From positions 323,207 through 387,206 of the forward strand of contig CAVURN010000003.1 in NCBI GenBank assembly GCA_963743915.1: a stretch of 64,000 nucleotides of DNA, in the 5' to 3' direction. The notes beneath the pieces were generated by a model, which had not been told where the DNA came from, searched no databases, and worked only from the letters and a program-made list of their open reading frames with translations. Each line of letters opens with the position of its first letter. The first letter of the stretch is position 1. A program made the translations under genes and the position numbers. Below are positions 24,191 to 34,343 of the stretch, piece by piece. Origin of the DNA: an uncultured Actinomycetota bacterium. Its GTDB lineage: Bacteria > Actinomycetota > Actinomycetes > JAHEKZ01.

Positions 24191-24815
24191 GCCGCAGGAG
24201 GCGCGGGAGCTCTTCGACGACCCGGAGCGGCTGACCCTGGCGGAGCGGTACGTCGAGTGGCTGACCGGTGCCGCCGTCGAGCGGGGTCTGCTGGGCCCAC
24301 GCGAGGCCGACCGGATCTGGTCCCGCCACGTGATCAACTGCGCGGTCCTGGAGCGCTTCCTCCCGGCCGGGTCACGCTCGCTGTGCGACCTCGGCTCCGG
24401 TGCCGGACTGCCCGGGGTGGTGCTCGGCCTGATGCGTCCGGAGATGGAGGTCGTGCTGCTCGAGCCCCTGCTCCGGCGGAGTACCTTTCTCCGCGAGGTG
24501 ACCGACGACCTCGGGCTCGCGAACGTCCGGGTGGTGCGGGCCCGCGCGGAGGAGTACGCGGGCGACCGTCCCGCCCATGACGTGGTCGTCGCCCGCGCCG
24601 TCGCGCCGCTGTCGCGGCTGGTGGGCTGGGCGATACCGCTGCTGCGGCCAGGGGGCACGCTACTGGCGCTCAAGGGCGTCTCGGCGGAGGATGAGCTGCG
24701 CGACGCCGCCCCCGTGCTCAGCTCTCCCCAGATCCGGTCGGCGGAGGTCCTGACCACCGCAGAAGGCGGTAGCGTGACGCACGTCGTGCGCATCGTGCGA
24801 GGGGAGCAGCCATGA
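24183..24815 (+). CDS. rsmG: 16S rRNA (guanine527-N7)-methyltransferase RsmG (GidB)
   Basis: SAM motif LCDLGSGAGLPGVVLG and the GidB-type N-terminus (IWSRHVINCAVLERFLP). Canonical position before parA. Confidence 0.9.
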   Translation: MKPPQEARELFDDPERLTLAERYVEWLTGAAVERGLLGPREADRIWSRHVINCAVLERFLPAGSRSLCDLGSGAGLPGVVLGLMRPEMEVVLLEPLLRRSTFLREVTDDLGLANVRVVRARAEEYAGDRPAHDVVVARAVAPLSRLVGWAIPLLRPGGTLLALKGVSAEDELRDAAPVLSSPQIRSAEVLTTAEGGSVTHVVRIVRGEQP

Positions 24816-25765
24816 CCGAGCAGCCGCGGGAGCGGGTCTACCCGCTGACGCCTGCCCACGTTTCACGTGAAACATCGGAGGCTGACACCCCGATCGCCCT
24901 GGCCGCTCAGGCGGCCGCGCGGATCCGCGGTGGGCGCACCGAGAGCTGGCCCCGTCCCGCCGCGACCCGGGTGCTCACGGTGGCCAACCAGAAGGGGGGC
25001 GTGGGCAAGACCACCTCCACGGTCAACGTGGCGGCCTCTCTGGCCCTGCACGGGCTCCGGGTCCTGGTGATCGACCTCGATCCCCAGGGCAACGCGTCGA
25101 CGGCACTGGCCGTCCCGCACCACGCCGGTGAGCCGAGCGTCTACGAGGTCCTGGTCGACGGCAAACCGCTCCGCTCGGCCCTCCACCCCGTGGAGGCGAT
25201 CCCGGGGCTGGACTGCGTGCCGGCCACCATCGACCTGGCGGGCGCTGAGATCGAGCTGGTCTCGCTGGTCGCCAGGGAGAGCAGGCTGCAGCGGGCCCTC
25301 GCCGAGCTGCTCAAGGAGACCGAGCGGGAGGGGCAGCGGTACGACTACGTCTTCATCGACTGCCCGCCCTCCCTGGGGCTGCTCACCATCAACGCGTTCG
25401 TCGCGGCCAACGAGGTGCTCATCCCGATCCAGTGCGAGTACTACGCCCTGGAGGGCCTCGGTCAGCTGCTCCGCAACGTGGAGCTGATCCAGTCGCACCT
25501 GAATCCGCGGCTGAGCGTCTCCACCATCCTGCTCACCATGTACGACGGCCGGACCCGGCTGGCCGCCCAGGTGGCCGACGAGGTCCGGGAACACTTCCGG
25601 GGCCTGGTCCTGTCCACCGCCATCCCCCGCTCCGTGCGTGTCTCGGAGGCTCCGAGCTACAGCCAGACCGTTCTCACCTACGATCCGGGCAGCAGCGGGG
25701 CGCTCTCCTACCTGGAGGCGGCCCGCGAGATGGCCCATCGGGCGGAGGAAGGCGGAGCCGCATGA
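24812..25765 (+). CDS. parA: Chromosome partitioning ATPase ParA (Soj)
   Basis: Deviant Walker [23 protein letters not shown], then [13 protein letters not shown]. The ATG overlaps the rsmG stop. The N-terminal 50 aa are non-conserved, so the true start could be further downstream. Confidence 0.9.
   Translation: MTEQPRERVYPLTPAHVSRETSEADTPIALAAQAAARIRGGRTESWPRPAATRVLTVANQKGGVGKTTSTVNVAASLALHGLRVLVIDLDPQGNASTALAVPHHAGEPSVYEVLVDGKPLRSALHPVEAIPGLDCVPATIDLAGAEIELVSLVARESRLQRALAELLKETEREGQRYDYVFIDCPPSLGLLTINAFVAANEVLIPIQCEYYALEGLGQLLRNVELIQSHLNPRLSVSTILLTMYDGRTRLAAQVADEVREHFRGLVLSTAIPRSVRVSEAPSYSQTVLTYDPGSSGALSYLEAAREMAHRAEEGGAA
24859..24874. other. parS centromere-like site 2
   Basis: cGTTTCACGTGAAACa has the same perfect 14-bp palindrome as site 1. 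It lies within the 5' end of the parA ORF. Confidence 0.85.
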
Positions 25766-26745
25766 CCGAGAGCAAGAAGCGAGGGCTGGGCCGAGGGCTG
25801 GGAGCCCTGATCCCGACCGCACCCGGCAGCCGGACGGACACCACGCCCTCCGGCAGCGGGTCACAGGTGGTCACCGACGCCCTCCTGACCCCGTCGACCG
25901 GCGCACCGGCGGACGCGGCGTCCGGCGTCGCGCACTACGCCGAGATCCCGGTCGGATCGATCACCCCCAACCCGCGACAGCCGCGCCAGGTCTTCGACGA
26001 GGAGGCGCTGGCCGAGCTCGTCCACTCGCTGCGCGAGGTGGGGCTGCTGCAGCCGATCGTCGTGCGGCCCCTCGGCGGCGACAAGTACGAGCTGGTGGCG
26101 GGAGAGCGGAGGTGGCGGGCCGCCCAGGAGGCCGGGTTCGCGGCCATCCCGTCGATCGTCCGGGACACCGCCGACGACGTGCTTCTGCGGGACGCCCTGC
26201 TGGAGAACCTGCACCGCGCCCAGCTCAACCCGCTGGAGGAGGCCGCCGCCTACGGCCAGCTGCTCAACGACTTCGGCTGCACCCAGGAGGAGCTGGCGAC
26301 CCGGATCGGCCGCTCGCGCCCCCAGGTGTCGAACACCCTGCGCCTGCTGCGCCTGCCGTCCGGGGTGCAGCGGCGGGTCGCGGCCGGCGTGCTGTCGGCC
26401 GGCCACGCCCGGGCCCTGCTCGTGCTCGACGACCCCGAGGACCAGGAGCGTCTGGCCAACCGGATCGTCGCCGAGGGGCTGTCGGTACGCACCGTCGAGG
26501 AACTGGTCACCCTCGGTGACGTGGGTGAGGACAAACCCGTACAAAAGCGGACGAAAGCCCCGCAGAATCCTGCGCTCGCCGATCTGGCCGCCGCGCTGTC
26601 GGACGCCTTGGAGACCCGGGTCTCGGTCGACCTGGGCCGCAGTCGGGGCAAGATCACCATCACCTTCGCCAGCGTCGACGACCTGGAGCGGATCGTCGAC
26701 GTGATCGCCCCGGAGGCCTCGGCCGTGCTGCGGGGTCAGGCATGA
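25762..26745 (+). CDS. parB: Chromosome partitioning protein ParB (Spo0J)
   Basis: [18 protein letters not shown]..., the ParB box [12 protein letters not shown], and the HTH region [25 protein letters not shown]. The ATG at 25762 overlaps the parA stop. The track ORF start (25432) is an over-extension. Confidence 0.95.
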   Translation: MTESKKRGLGRGLGALIPTAPGSRTDTTPSGSGSQVVTDALLTPSTGAPADAASGVAHYAEIPVGSITPNPRQPRQVFDEEALAELVHSLREVGLLQPIVVRPLGGDKYELVAGERRWRAAQEAGFAAIPSIVRDTADDVLLRDALLENLHRAQLNPLEEAAAYGQLLNDFGCTQEELATRIGRSRPQVSNTLRLLRLPSGVQRRVAAGVLSAGHARALLVLDDPEDQERLANRIVAEGLSVRTVEELVTLGDVGEDKPVQKRTKAPQNPALADLAAALSDALETRVSVDLGRSRGKITITFASVDDLERIVDVIAPEASAVLRGQA

Positions 26746-26891
26746 AGGCGCGCACGCTCACCGCGGTCGTCGCCGGGTTCGCGCTGGGGGCGTTGGCGGC
26801 GTTCGCCGTCCAGCTGCTGCGTCAGAACCCCGACTTCGACCCCACGGGCTACCAGCCGCCGAGCCCCCAGCCGGGCCCGACCGCGCAGTAG
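26742..26891 (+). CDS. Possible 49-aa single-TM micro-protein translationally coupled to parB
   Basis: My own translation: [49 protein letters not shown]. The ATG overlaps the parB stop (ATGA at 26742-26745), and the ORF ends 2 nt before the galK GTG. It is below the ORF-track cutoff. Confidence 0.4.
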   Translation: MKARTLTAVVAGFALGALAAFAVQLLRQNPDFDPTGYQPPSPQPGPTAQ

Positions 26892-26893
26892 GC

Positions 26894-27994
26894 GTGCCCG
26901 CAACCTGGCGAGCCCCTGGCCGGGTGAACCTGATCGGTGACCACACCGACTACTCCGGGGGCTTCGTGCTCCCTCTGGCGATCGACCTCGCCACCACCGT
27001 CAGGCTCACCTCGAGGTCGACCGGAAGGTTCACCGCACACTCAAGCCTGGTGCCGGACGAGAGCGTCGACGTCCCGCTCGGTGCGCTGGACGCCGTCCCG
27101 CACCGATGGGCGCGCTACGTCGCCGGCGCGGTGCGCCTGCTGAGCGACGAAGGCGTGACCCTGGGGGGCGTCGAGGTGCGGGTCGACAGCACTCTTCCGG
27201 TCGGCGCGGGACTGTCGTCGTCGGCCGCCCTCGTGTGCGCGACTCTGGGTGCGCTGCTGGACGCAGCCGGCCGACGGTGGGACCGGCAAGGCATCGCCCT
27301 CGCCGCGCGACGCGTCGAGAACGAGTACCTCGGTGCGCCCGTCGGGGTGATGGATCCGACGGTCGTGATGCAGGCGCGTGCGGGACATGCGCTGCTGCTC
27401 GACGCACGCACCCTGGAGCGGGAGCAGATTCCCGTGCCGCTCGTGCCGCCCGGGGCACACGAGGGATGCAGCTTGCTCGTGGTCGACACGGGTGTGTCCC
27501 ACTCCACTGGCGACCACGCGTATGCCGAGCGGGTGACGCAGTGCGCGACTGCCGCCGAGCTGCTGGGTGTCGCATCCCTCCGCGATGTCGCGACGGTGGA
27601 CGCGCTCGGTGCACTCACCGACCCCGTGCTCCGGGCACGCGCGCGGCACGTGGTCTCCGAGAACGAGCGCGTGCTGACGGTCGCCTCACTCCTGCGTCAG
27701 GGGCGGGTGCAGGACATCGGGCCGCTCCTCACGGCGTCGCACCGGTCGCTGCGCGACGACTTCGCGGTCAGCACCGACGCTCTCGACCTCGTCGTCAGCA
27801 GCGCGCTGGCTGCGGGCGCCCTGGGGGCACGGGTGACGGGGGCCGGCTTCGGCGGCAGCGCGGTCGTCCTGGTACCGGCGGCGAAGGCCCGCCAGGTCGC
27901 TGATGAAGTGCGGAAATCCCTTGTGTCACAAGGGATGTCGTCGCCCACCGTGCGATCGGTGCGGGCCTCCGACGCCGCGGGACCTGTGCAGTGA
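26894..27994 (+). CDS. galK: Galactokinase (GHMP kinase)
   Basis: Galactokinase signature GRVNLIGDHTDYSGGFVLP and the GHMP ATP motif PVGAGLSSSAALVCA. Confidence 0.9.
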   Translation: MPATWRAPGRVNLIGDHTDYSGGFVLPLAIDLATTVRLTSRSTGRFTAHSSLVPDESVDVPLGALDAVPHRWARYVAGAVRLLSDEGVTLGGVEVRVDSTLPVGAGLSSSAALVCATLGALLDAAGRRWDRQGIALAARRVENEYLGAPVGVMDPTVVMQARAGHALLLDARTLEREQIPVPLVPPGAHEGCSLLVVDTGVSHSTGDHAYAERVTQCATAAELLGVASLRDVATVDALGALTDPVLRARARHVVSENERVLTVASLLRQGRVQDIGPLLTASHRSLRDDFAVSTDALDLVVSSALAAGALGARVTGAGFGGSAVVLVPAAKARQVADEVRKSLVSQGMSSPTVRSVRASDAAGPVQ

Positions 27995-28019
27995 GTGCGC
28001 TGAAAGTGACGCGCCCGGG

Positions 28020-29174
28020 TCACCCGACGGTGCTGGGCAACCGCACCACCTGAGGACGCAGATCGGTGGTGGGCTGGTAGAGCTGCTGCAGTGCCACGAG
28101 CACCGCCTCGGCGACCGTGTCGCGGAGGGAGGGATCGGCCAGACGCGCGGCGTCACCGGGGTGCGTCAGGTACCCGACGTCGATGCGGACGGCCGGCATC
28201 CGGGTCCGCTGGAGGATGTCCCACGTCTTGGCATCGGTGCGTCCGTCGAGCAGGTCCGTCCGGTGGACGATCTCGCGCTGCACGAGCTCGGCGAACGCCT
28301 CACCGATCACCGAGTGCACGGAGCCGTCGCCGCTCGTGCCGTAGTAGAACGTCGCGACCCCGTGCGCATGCGGACTGTTGTGACCGTCGGTGTGCAGCGA
28401 GATGACGAGATCGGCGTCCACGTCGTTCGCGAACGTCGCGCGCTCGATCTCGGTGAGCGCGGGGCGGTCGGTGCTGGCCCCGTGCGTCAGGAACGCACTG
28501 ACGCCGAGCGCCCCGAGCCGACCCTCGATGCGCGACGCGAGGTCAGCGACGACCTCGGCCTCGACCAGTCCGTGCGCGCAGACGCCGGTGTCGTCACCGC
28601 CGTGTCCGGGATCGATGACGATGACCTTGCCCCCGAGGCCGGGACCGCTGCGGTGCAGTCGCTCGGCCTCGCGGATGTGGTGCGGGTCGCCGCCCACGAC
28701 GGTGCGCGCGAGCCGGTCGAGCGCCCGGAAGGTGACGGGGCCGCACAGACCGTCGGCGGGGATCCCGAGGTTGCGCTGGAGCTCCTTGAGGGCGTGGTCG
28801 GTGTCCGGGCCGAAGATGCCGTCGATCCGCCCCGGGTCGAAGCCCAGGTCGTGCAGCCGGCGCTGCAGCGCCGTGACGTCGTCTCCGTGCTGCATGTGAC
28901 GCGCGCCGTACCGCAGCACGCGGTCACCGAGCGCCCAGCGCGCTCCCTCGAGTCGACGCCACGTCGACGGGCCGACGATTCCGTCGGCGATGAGTCCGCG
29001 CTCCTGCTGGAAGGCACGCACCGCGCGCTCGACCTCGGCGTCGAACACCGCGTCCCACTGCGCCTCAGTGCGCTCCGCGGGCTCGTGCGTCAGCAGCCCG
29101 AGCAGCGCGAGGTGGTCGCGGATCTGGGCCACCGCCGGGCCGTGGTCGTCGCGGCGGTACGTCGACAGCGTCAC
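28020..29174 (-). CDS. cwlM: N-acetylmuramoyl-L-alanine amidase with two PG-binding domains (CwlM-like)
   Basis: Two PG_binding_1-type repeats (VRAFQQERGLIADGIVGPSTWRRL and LKELQRNLGIPADGLCGPVTFRAL) plus the Amidase_3 core (VIVIDPGHGGDDTG...ISLHTD). It lies downstream of trxB-trxA as in mycobacteria. Confidence 0.85.
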   Translation of the reverse strand: MTLSTYRRDDHGPAVAQIRDHLALLGLLTHEPAERTEAQWDAVFDAEVERAVRAFQQERGLIADGIVGPSTWRRLEGARWALGDRVLRYGARHMQHGDDVTALQRRLHDLGFDPGRIDGIFGPDTDHALKELQRNLGIPADGLCGPVTFRALDRLARTVVGGDPHHIREAERLHRSGPGLGGKVIVIDPGHGGDDTGVCAHGLVEAEVVADLASRIEGRLGALGVSAFLTHGASTDRPALTEIERATFANDVDADLVISLHTDGHNSPHAHGVATFYYGTSGDGSVHSVIGEAFAELVQREIVHRTDLLDGRTDAKTWDILQRTRMPAVRIDVGYLTHPGDAARLADPSLRDTVAEAVLVALQQLYQPTTDLRPQVVRLPSTVG

Positions 29175-29403
29175 AGCACCTCCGGCGAGCTCGGGCCGCA
29201 GTCGCAGCTGGTCGTTGACTCGAGGGTAACCCGCGAAGCCGCGACCCTAGCGTGCCGACGCGGGCCCTGACGAGACGCCGGTCGGGTCGGCCTCGGGAGC
29301 GGTGATCGGAGCATCTCGGCCACGGCCCCGTGGGACAAACTACCGCAATTCGGACGTCAGCAGCGACGAAAACGCTCCGATCACCGGGAGGGGTCGGGCG
29401 GGC

Positions 29404-29730
29404 CTACAGGAAGTCGGAGAGGTCGGAGAGCAGCGACTGCTTGGGCTTGGCACCGATGATCATCTTCACGACCTCGCCGCCCTGGTACACCGCGAGCGTG
29501 GGGATCGACGTCACCCCGGCCATCGCGGCCGCCTGCGGGTTCTCGTCGACGTTGAGCTTGGCGATGGTGAGCTTGTCGCCGTGCTCGGCCGCGATCTCCT
29601 CCAGGATGGGAGCCACCATGCGGCACGGTCCGCACCACTCGGCCCAGTAGTCGACGAGCACCGGCTTGTCACTGTTGATGACGTCGGCGTCGAAGCTGGA
29701 GTCGGTGACGACGATGGTGGACTGGCCCAT
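29404..29730 (-). CDS. trxA: Thioredoxin
   Basis: MGQSTIVVTDSSFDADVINSDKPVLVDYWAEWCGPCRMVAP with the WCGPC active site. The ATG at 29730 is preceded by AAGGAG. The track ORF start (29799) is an over-extension. Confidence 0.95.
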   Translation of the reverse strand: MGQSTIVVTDSSFDADVINSDKPVLVDYWAEWCGPCRMVAPILEEIAAEHGDKLTIAKLNVDENPQAAAMAGVTSIPTLAVYQGGEVVKMIIGAKPKQSLLSDLSDFL

Positions 29731-29773
29731 GGATTCTCCTTGCGGGGTCGCGGTGCAGGCGTAGCGGTCGGGG

Positions 29774-30739
29774 TCAGGCAGTGGCCTCGGCGAGGTCACG
29801 CCGGGCGTCCTCGAGCGCGGCGAGGTGGCGCTCGGCGTCGAGGGCGGCCGCGCAGCCGCTGCCGGCAGCGGTGATCGCCTGGCGGTAGGTGTGGTCGACG
29901 AGGTCGCCGCAGGCGAAGACGCCCGGGACGTCGGTCAGGGTCGAGCGGCCCTGCGCGATCACGTAGCCGTCGTCGTCGAGCGCGACCTGACCCTTGACGA
30001 GCTCGCTCCGCGGGTCGTGGCCGATCGCGATGAAGAGGCCGGTGACCGCGAGGTCGCGCTCCTCGCCGGTCTGGGTGTCGCGCAGCCGGATGCCCGAGAG
30101 CTTGTCGTCGCCGAGCACGTCGACGACCTCGCTGTTCCAGGCGAAGGAGATCTTGTCGTTGGCGAAGGCGCGGTCGGCCATGATCTTGCTGGCCCGCAGC
30201 TCGTCGCGACGGTGCACGACGGTGACGGAGGCGGCGAACTTGGTGAGGAACGTGGCCTCCTCGATGGCCGAGTCCCCACCGCCGACCACGGCGATGTGCT
30301 GGTCGCGGAAGAAGAAGCCGTCACAGGTGGCGCACCACGAGACGCCGCGCCCGGAGAGTCGCTTCTCGTTGTCGAGGCCGAGCTCACGGTAGCCCGAGCC
30401 CATGGCCAGGATGACCGCGCGGGCCTGGTGCGTGGCACCGGAGCCGAGCGTCACCGTCTTGACGTCTCCGGTCAGCTCGACCGCGACGACGTCGTCGGTG
30501 ATGATCTCGGTGCCGAACCGCAGCGCCTGGTTGCGCATCTGCTCCATCAGCTCCGGCCCCATGATGCCGTCGGCGAAACCGGGGAAGTTCTCGACCTCGG
30601 TGGTGGTCATCAGGGCACCACCCGCGGTCACCGACCCCTCGACCATGAGCGGTCGGAGGTTGGCGCGGGCGGTGTACACCGCAGCGGTGAAGCCGGCGGG
30701 GCCGGATCCGATGATGATGACGTCGCGGATCTCGCTCAC
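29774..30739 (-). CDS. trxB: Thioredoxin-disulfide reductase
   Basis: FAD motif [15 protein letters not shown], redox-active CATCDG, and NADPH motif [15 protein letters not shown]. Confidence 0.95.
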   Translation of the reverse strand: MSEIRDVIIIGSGPAGFTAAVYTARANLRPLMVEGSVTAGGALMTTTEVENFPGFADGIMGPELMEQMRNQALRFGTEIITDDVVAVELTGDVKTVTLGSGATHQARAVILAMGSGYRELGLDNEKRLSGRGVSWCATCDGFFFRDQHIAVVGGGDSAIEEATFLTKFAASVTVVHRRDELRASKIMADRAFANDKISFAWNSEVVDVLGDDKLSGIRLRDTQTGEERDLAVTGLFIAIGHDPRSELVKGQVALDDDGYVIAQGRSTLTDVPGVFACGDLVDHTYRQAITAAGSGCAAALDAERHLAALEDARRDLAEATA

Positions 30740-30859
30740 CGCAGGGCGCTCCTCGGGCTGGACGGAAAGGCGCGGGGCTCGGACGAGCCCTACTGCACAA
30801 CCGATTCTAGGGTGGGCGGCATTCCCACCGGTCGGCGCCGGGCCGGGGCCGACCCCCGC

Positions 30860-31795
30860 TCAGCGGGTGATCGTGGCGAAGTAGAAGAGCGGGTCCGCCG
30901 GACCGGTGCAGTCGGGGTCGATCACCCAGACGTCGGCGGCGGTCGGGTCGACCTCGTTGGGCAGCACGATGACCGCTGCCGGCTTGCCGTCCCAGGTTCC
31001 GATGTCGATGGCCAGCGGCATGATGCCCGGGGCATCGAGGTAGCTCTCCAGACACGCCTGGGCGGCTGCCGGACCTGCCGTCAGCTTGAGCAGGACGTTG
31101 GCCGACGCACTGTCGAGCGGGGTGCCCGACGGCGTCGCGGGCGGGGTGCCGGAGGGTGTCGCCGTGTCCTCGGGGCTGGGCTGGGTGCTCGTCTCCGGGG
31201 GAAGCGTGGCGGTGGCGGTGAAGGCTGACCGACTGGCGACCAGGCTGGTCGCCTGGCGTTCCAGGGCCTCGGGCTGGTAGTCGGTGCCGGTGCGGCTGGC
31301 CACGTAGGCGACCGGGGGGATCGACGCGCTCTCGGCCGGTGCACCGCGATCGGCGGCCGTGACGCTGCCGTCGCCACCGGAGAGGTCGCTGGAGCTCGAG
31401 CTGTTCAGGATCGGCACCACGATCGCGCCGATGAGGGCCACGCCTGCGGCTCCCGCCACCAGACCCATGCCGGGACGCCACGAACGTCGACGACGAACCT
31501 CGCCGATGGGTACAACTGTGGCTGCCCCTTCGGGAGTGAGGACGGGCTCGGCGGCGACCGCTGCACTCAGACGCTCCCAGACAGCGTCGGGCATGGTGAC
31601 CGGTGGCAGCTCGGCCAGGGTCGCCGTGACCGTGGCCAGGTCGTCGCGCAGCTCCCCACAGGGGCGACAGTGCGTCAGGTGCTGCAGGGCGTGCGCCGTG
31701 GACTCGGCGTCGAGCAGGCCGAGGTCGAGGTCCGCGAGCACCTCGGCGGTGAGGTGCTCGGAGTCGGGGTGCACCGGGTCGTGGTGCTGACTCAT
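30860..31795 (-). CDS. Anti-sigma factor (zf-HC2 type, single TM, extracytoplasmic C-terminal domain)
   Basis: The HLTHCRPC (H-x3-C-x2-C) motif near the N-terminus, the TM segment GMGLVAGAAGVALIGAIVVPIL, and a start that overlaps the stop of the upstream sigma factor gene. Confidence 0.8.
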   Translation of the reverse strand: MSQHHDPVHPDSEHLTAEVLADLDLGLLDAESTAHALQHLTHCRPCGELRDDLATVTATLAELPPVTMPDAVWERLSAAVAAEPVLTPEGAATVVPIGEVRRRRSWRPGMGLVAGAAGVALIGAIVVPILNSSSSSDLSGGDGSVTAADRGAPAESASIPPVAYVASRTGTDYQPEALERQATSLVASRSAFTATATLPPETSTQPSPEDTATPSGTPPATPSGTPLDSASANVLLKLTAGPAAAQACLESYLDAPGIMPLAIDIGTWDGKPAAVIVLPNEVDPTAADVWVIDPDCTGPADPLFYFATITR

Positions 31796-32409
31796 GGCTG
31801 CGCTCCGTCGGAAGGTGTTGGGGGTGGACCTGAAGGTGGGACGTCCGAGGCGTCGTCGTGGTTCCGCAGGTGGGCCAGCAGGGGTACGAGCTTGGCGCGC
31901 CCACGCGCGCAGCGGCTCTTGACGGTGCCGGACGGGATGCCGAGCATCTCGGCGACCTCGTCGACCGGGTAGCCCTCGACGTCGACGAGGACGAGGACGG
32001 CCCGCTGCTCCTCGGGAAGCGTGCGCAGCGCGCGATCGATCTCCCAGGCGAGCTCGCGGCGTCCGAGCGGGTCGCTCGGCTCGACCGGGTGTGCGCTGTC
32101 GTGCTCGGGGAGTGGGACGGTGGGTCGGGCCTTGGACCGGCGCATGCGATCGAGGCAGGCGTTGACCACGATCCGGTGCAGCCAGGTGGTCACCTGCGCG
32201 TCGCCGCGGTAGGTCGCCGCCGCGCGGTGCGCCGAGAGCAGCGCGTCCTGCAGGGCATCGGCGGCTTCCTCGGGATCGCCGATCGTGCGGAGTGCCACGG
32301 CCCAGAGCCGGTCGCGGTGCCGCCGCACCACCGTGGCGAACGCGGTCGGGTCGCCCGCCACGTGCGCCGCCAGGAGGTCGGCGTCCGAGCGCGGGTCGTC
32401 CAGGGTCAC
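31792..32409 (-). CDS. ECF (sigma-70 family group 4) RNA polymerase sigma factor, SigM-like by synteny
   Basis: Region 2 (FATVVRRHRDRLWAVALRTIGDPEEAADALQDALLSAH...WLHRIVVNACLDRMR) and region 4 (VLVLVDVEGYPVDEVAEMLGIPSGTVKSRCARGRAKL). The GTG at 32409 is in frame with track ORF 31792-32835. Confidence 0.85.
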   Translation of the reverse strand: MTLDDPRSDADLLAAHVAGDPTAFATVVRRHRDRLWAVALRTIGDPEEAADALQDALLSAHRAAATYRGDAQVTTWLHRIVVNACLDRMRRSKARPTVPLPEHDSAHPVEPSDPLGRRELAWEIDRALRTLPEEQRAVLVLVDVEGYPVDEVAEMLGIPSGTVKSRCARGRAKLVPLLAHLRNHDDASDVPPSGPPPTPSDGAQP

Positions 32410-32462
32410 GGCCGAAGCGTATTCACTTCTCTCCCGCCGGTGATCATCCGCCGTGCCGAGGG

Positions 32463-33863
32463 CTAGGAGAAGAGCGTGGCCTCGACCACACCACCCTGGA
32501 AGCCGCCGCCGGACGCGGGCAGCGCGGTGAACCAGATCAGGACCTGGTCGGAGGTCACCGCCGGAGAGAACCGCAGGGTCACGAGGTCGCTGGCACCACG
32601 GACCACGGCGAGCCGGCGATAGCCCTCGAGGGGGTCGTCCGGGTCCGGACGCCGGGGAGGTGCGCCCTGCGGGTCGGTCTCGGTGCGGGCCGCCCAGATC
32701 TGCAGGTCGCTGCCGCGTCCGGCGAGCCGGAGCTCGATGCCGGAGATGGGGGCTGCCTCGGCCACCTTCAGCTGGAGACCGACACCCGGCTTGAGCCCGC
32801 CGAGATTGCGGCTGGCGTAGGTGACGGTGGTCCACGCGGTCGCGAGGTCGCCGTCGATGGCCAGCCCTGCGTCGGAGTCGTTCTCCTCCCCGTCCCCGGA
32901 GGGGTCGAACGCGGTGGCGGTCCTGATCGGGAGGGGTTGGGCCTGGGCAGGGGTGGCCGGGTTCGTCGTCGTCGGCGAGGGGCTGGTCCGTGGCTGGGGC
33001 TCGTCACGTTCGGCGTCCTGCCAGATCTGCCAGGCGATCAGCACCGCGCCGGTGCTGAACAGCGCCAGGACGAGCACCAGGCCGAGCCACCGCCACAGCA
33101 GTCCGGTGGGCTGGTGCGGTTCCTCCTGGACCTCGGCGACGGGTGGTTCGGACAACGCGTCGGCGACGGCGCGGGGTGACTCCAGGGGGTCCTCGACGTC
33201 CGGGTGGAGTGCGCGCCACACGATGGCGTCGACGTCGTCGGGGACCCCGGCGCGGACCTGCCGGGGGCGGGCGACCCGGCCCCCGACCACCGGCGCGCCG
33301 GGCAGTCCGGCGCACGGATACCCCGGCCAGCGGGCGGTGAGTGCCGCGTACAGCAGCGCACCGAGCCGCCAGGCGTCGACCCCTTCGGCGTCCTCATCCG
33401 CCTGCACCCCTTCCAGGGCAGCGCGGACACCGACGCCGACGACGACCACGCCGTGGTCGGTGAGCAGCACGTCCCTCGGATCGAGCACGAGGTGGTGGAC
33501 GTCCTCGGCCGCCGCCGCGGCCAACGCCTCGGCGACCGCGGCCACCACCGCCCGCGCCTGGTCGGGGGCCAGCGGGCCGGACGCCAGCTGATCGCTCAGC
33601 GGGGCACCGGCGAGCCAGCGGGTCACCACGAAGACTCGACCGGCGTCCTCAGCGGTGTCGATCACGCGGAGCAGTCCCGGGTGCTCCACCGCAGAGGCGC
33701 GGCGAGCAGCCTGACGGACGGCGTCCGCATGCGGGTGCCCAGGATCGAGCAGCAGCACGCCCACCGGACGGTCGAGCACGGCGTCGCGTCCGCGCCAGAG
33801 CGTGCGCCCACGGCCACGGGCGACCTCGCTCTCGAGGTCGTACCTTCCGGCCAGCCGCTCCAT
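32463..33863 (-). CDS. Stand-alone pseudokinase with a TM helix and a discoidin-like extracytoplasmic domain (equivalent to the C-terminal half of mycobacterial MviN)
   Basis: Kinase-like fold (RYDLESEVARGRGRTLWRGRD...) that lacks the catalytic Lys, the HRD Asp (HHLVLDPRD) and DFG (VGVGV). TM segment WRWLGLVLVLALFSTGAVLIAW. The C-terminal region AIDGDLATAWTT resembles F5/8-type C domains. Confidence 0.75.
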   Translation of the reverse strand: MERLAGRYDLESEVARGRGRTLWRGRDAVLDRPVGVLLLDPGHPHADAVRQAARRASAVEHPGLLRVIDTAEDAGRVFVVTRWLAGAPLSDQLASGPLAPDQARAVVAAVAEALAAAAAEDVHHLVLDPRDVLLTDHGVVVVGVGVRAALEGVQADEDAEGVDAWRLGALLYAALTARWPGYPCAGLPGAPVVGGRVARPRQVRAGVPDDVDAIVWRALHPDVEDPLESPRAVADALSEPPVAEVQEEPHQPTGLLWRWLGLVLVLALFSTGAVLIAWQIWQDAERDEPQPRTSPSPTTTNPATPAQAQPLPIRTATAFDPSGDGEENDSDAGLAIDGDLATAWTTVTYASRNLGGLKPGVGLQLKVAEAAPISGIELRLAGRGSDLQIWAARTETDPQGAPPRRPDPDDPLEGYRRLAVVRGASDLVTLRFSPAVTSDQVLIWFTALPASGGGFQGGVVEATLFS

Positions 33864-33983
33864 CGGAGGTGACGCTACTGCGTCCCGCCGTGAACGACGC
33901 CTTCACCCGCGGCGGAGCAACTGCTCAAGGGTCCTGTCCTGCCGCGAGCATGCGCCATGTGACGGACGGCGCGTGCGGAACGT

Positions 33984-34307
33984 GTGACACTGGCGCGCGT
34001 GAAGCCCGCCTTCCGTGTCGCGCTGACGGGTGCAGTCATCGGCTCCGCGTTGTTTGTCGGTGGTTCGTGGGTGTTGCGCGAGACCCATTTCCTGCTCCGG
34101 GACGACTACCTGGCTGGCCGCGAGATCGGGCAGAACCACGAGCCGTACTCCAAGCCGCACATGTGGGCCCTTTGTCGGCAGCAGATGGACAGTCGGTACG
34201 GGGCTTCCTACTCCGATGCCAGGGCGGCTTTCGAGCTGGGTTGCCACGACGTCATCAACGGAATCGAGAAGGACTTCGGGCGGCTGGACAGCTACCTCCC
34301 GGACTGA
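33984..34307 (+). CDS. Hypothetical membrane-anchored protein (107 aa)
   Basis: The only plus-strand ORF in this block. It has an N-terminal TM segment (AFRVALTGAVIGSALFVGGSWVL) and lies in a visibly less GC-rich patch. I recognise no family, and the start is uncertain (GTG at 33984 or 33999). Confidence 0.45.
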   Translation: MTLARVKPAFRVALTGAVIGSALFVGGSWVLRETHFLLRDDYLAGREIGQNHEPYSKPHMWALCRQQMDSRYGASYSDARAAFELGCHDVINGIEKDFGRLDSYLPD

Positions 34308-34343
34308 GTCGCCCTGGTGGCCTCGCCTCCGGACGCGTCGTTC

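Noticed and set aside
29175-29403. The 229-bp leader upstream of the cwlM-like amidase, considered as a possible structured RNA.
   Set aside because: I found no convincing conserved stem-loops or known riboswitch cores by eye. It most likely holds only the promoter and 5' UTR after the trxA terminator region.
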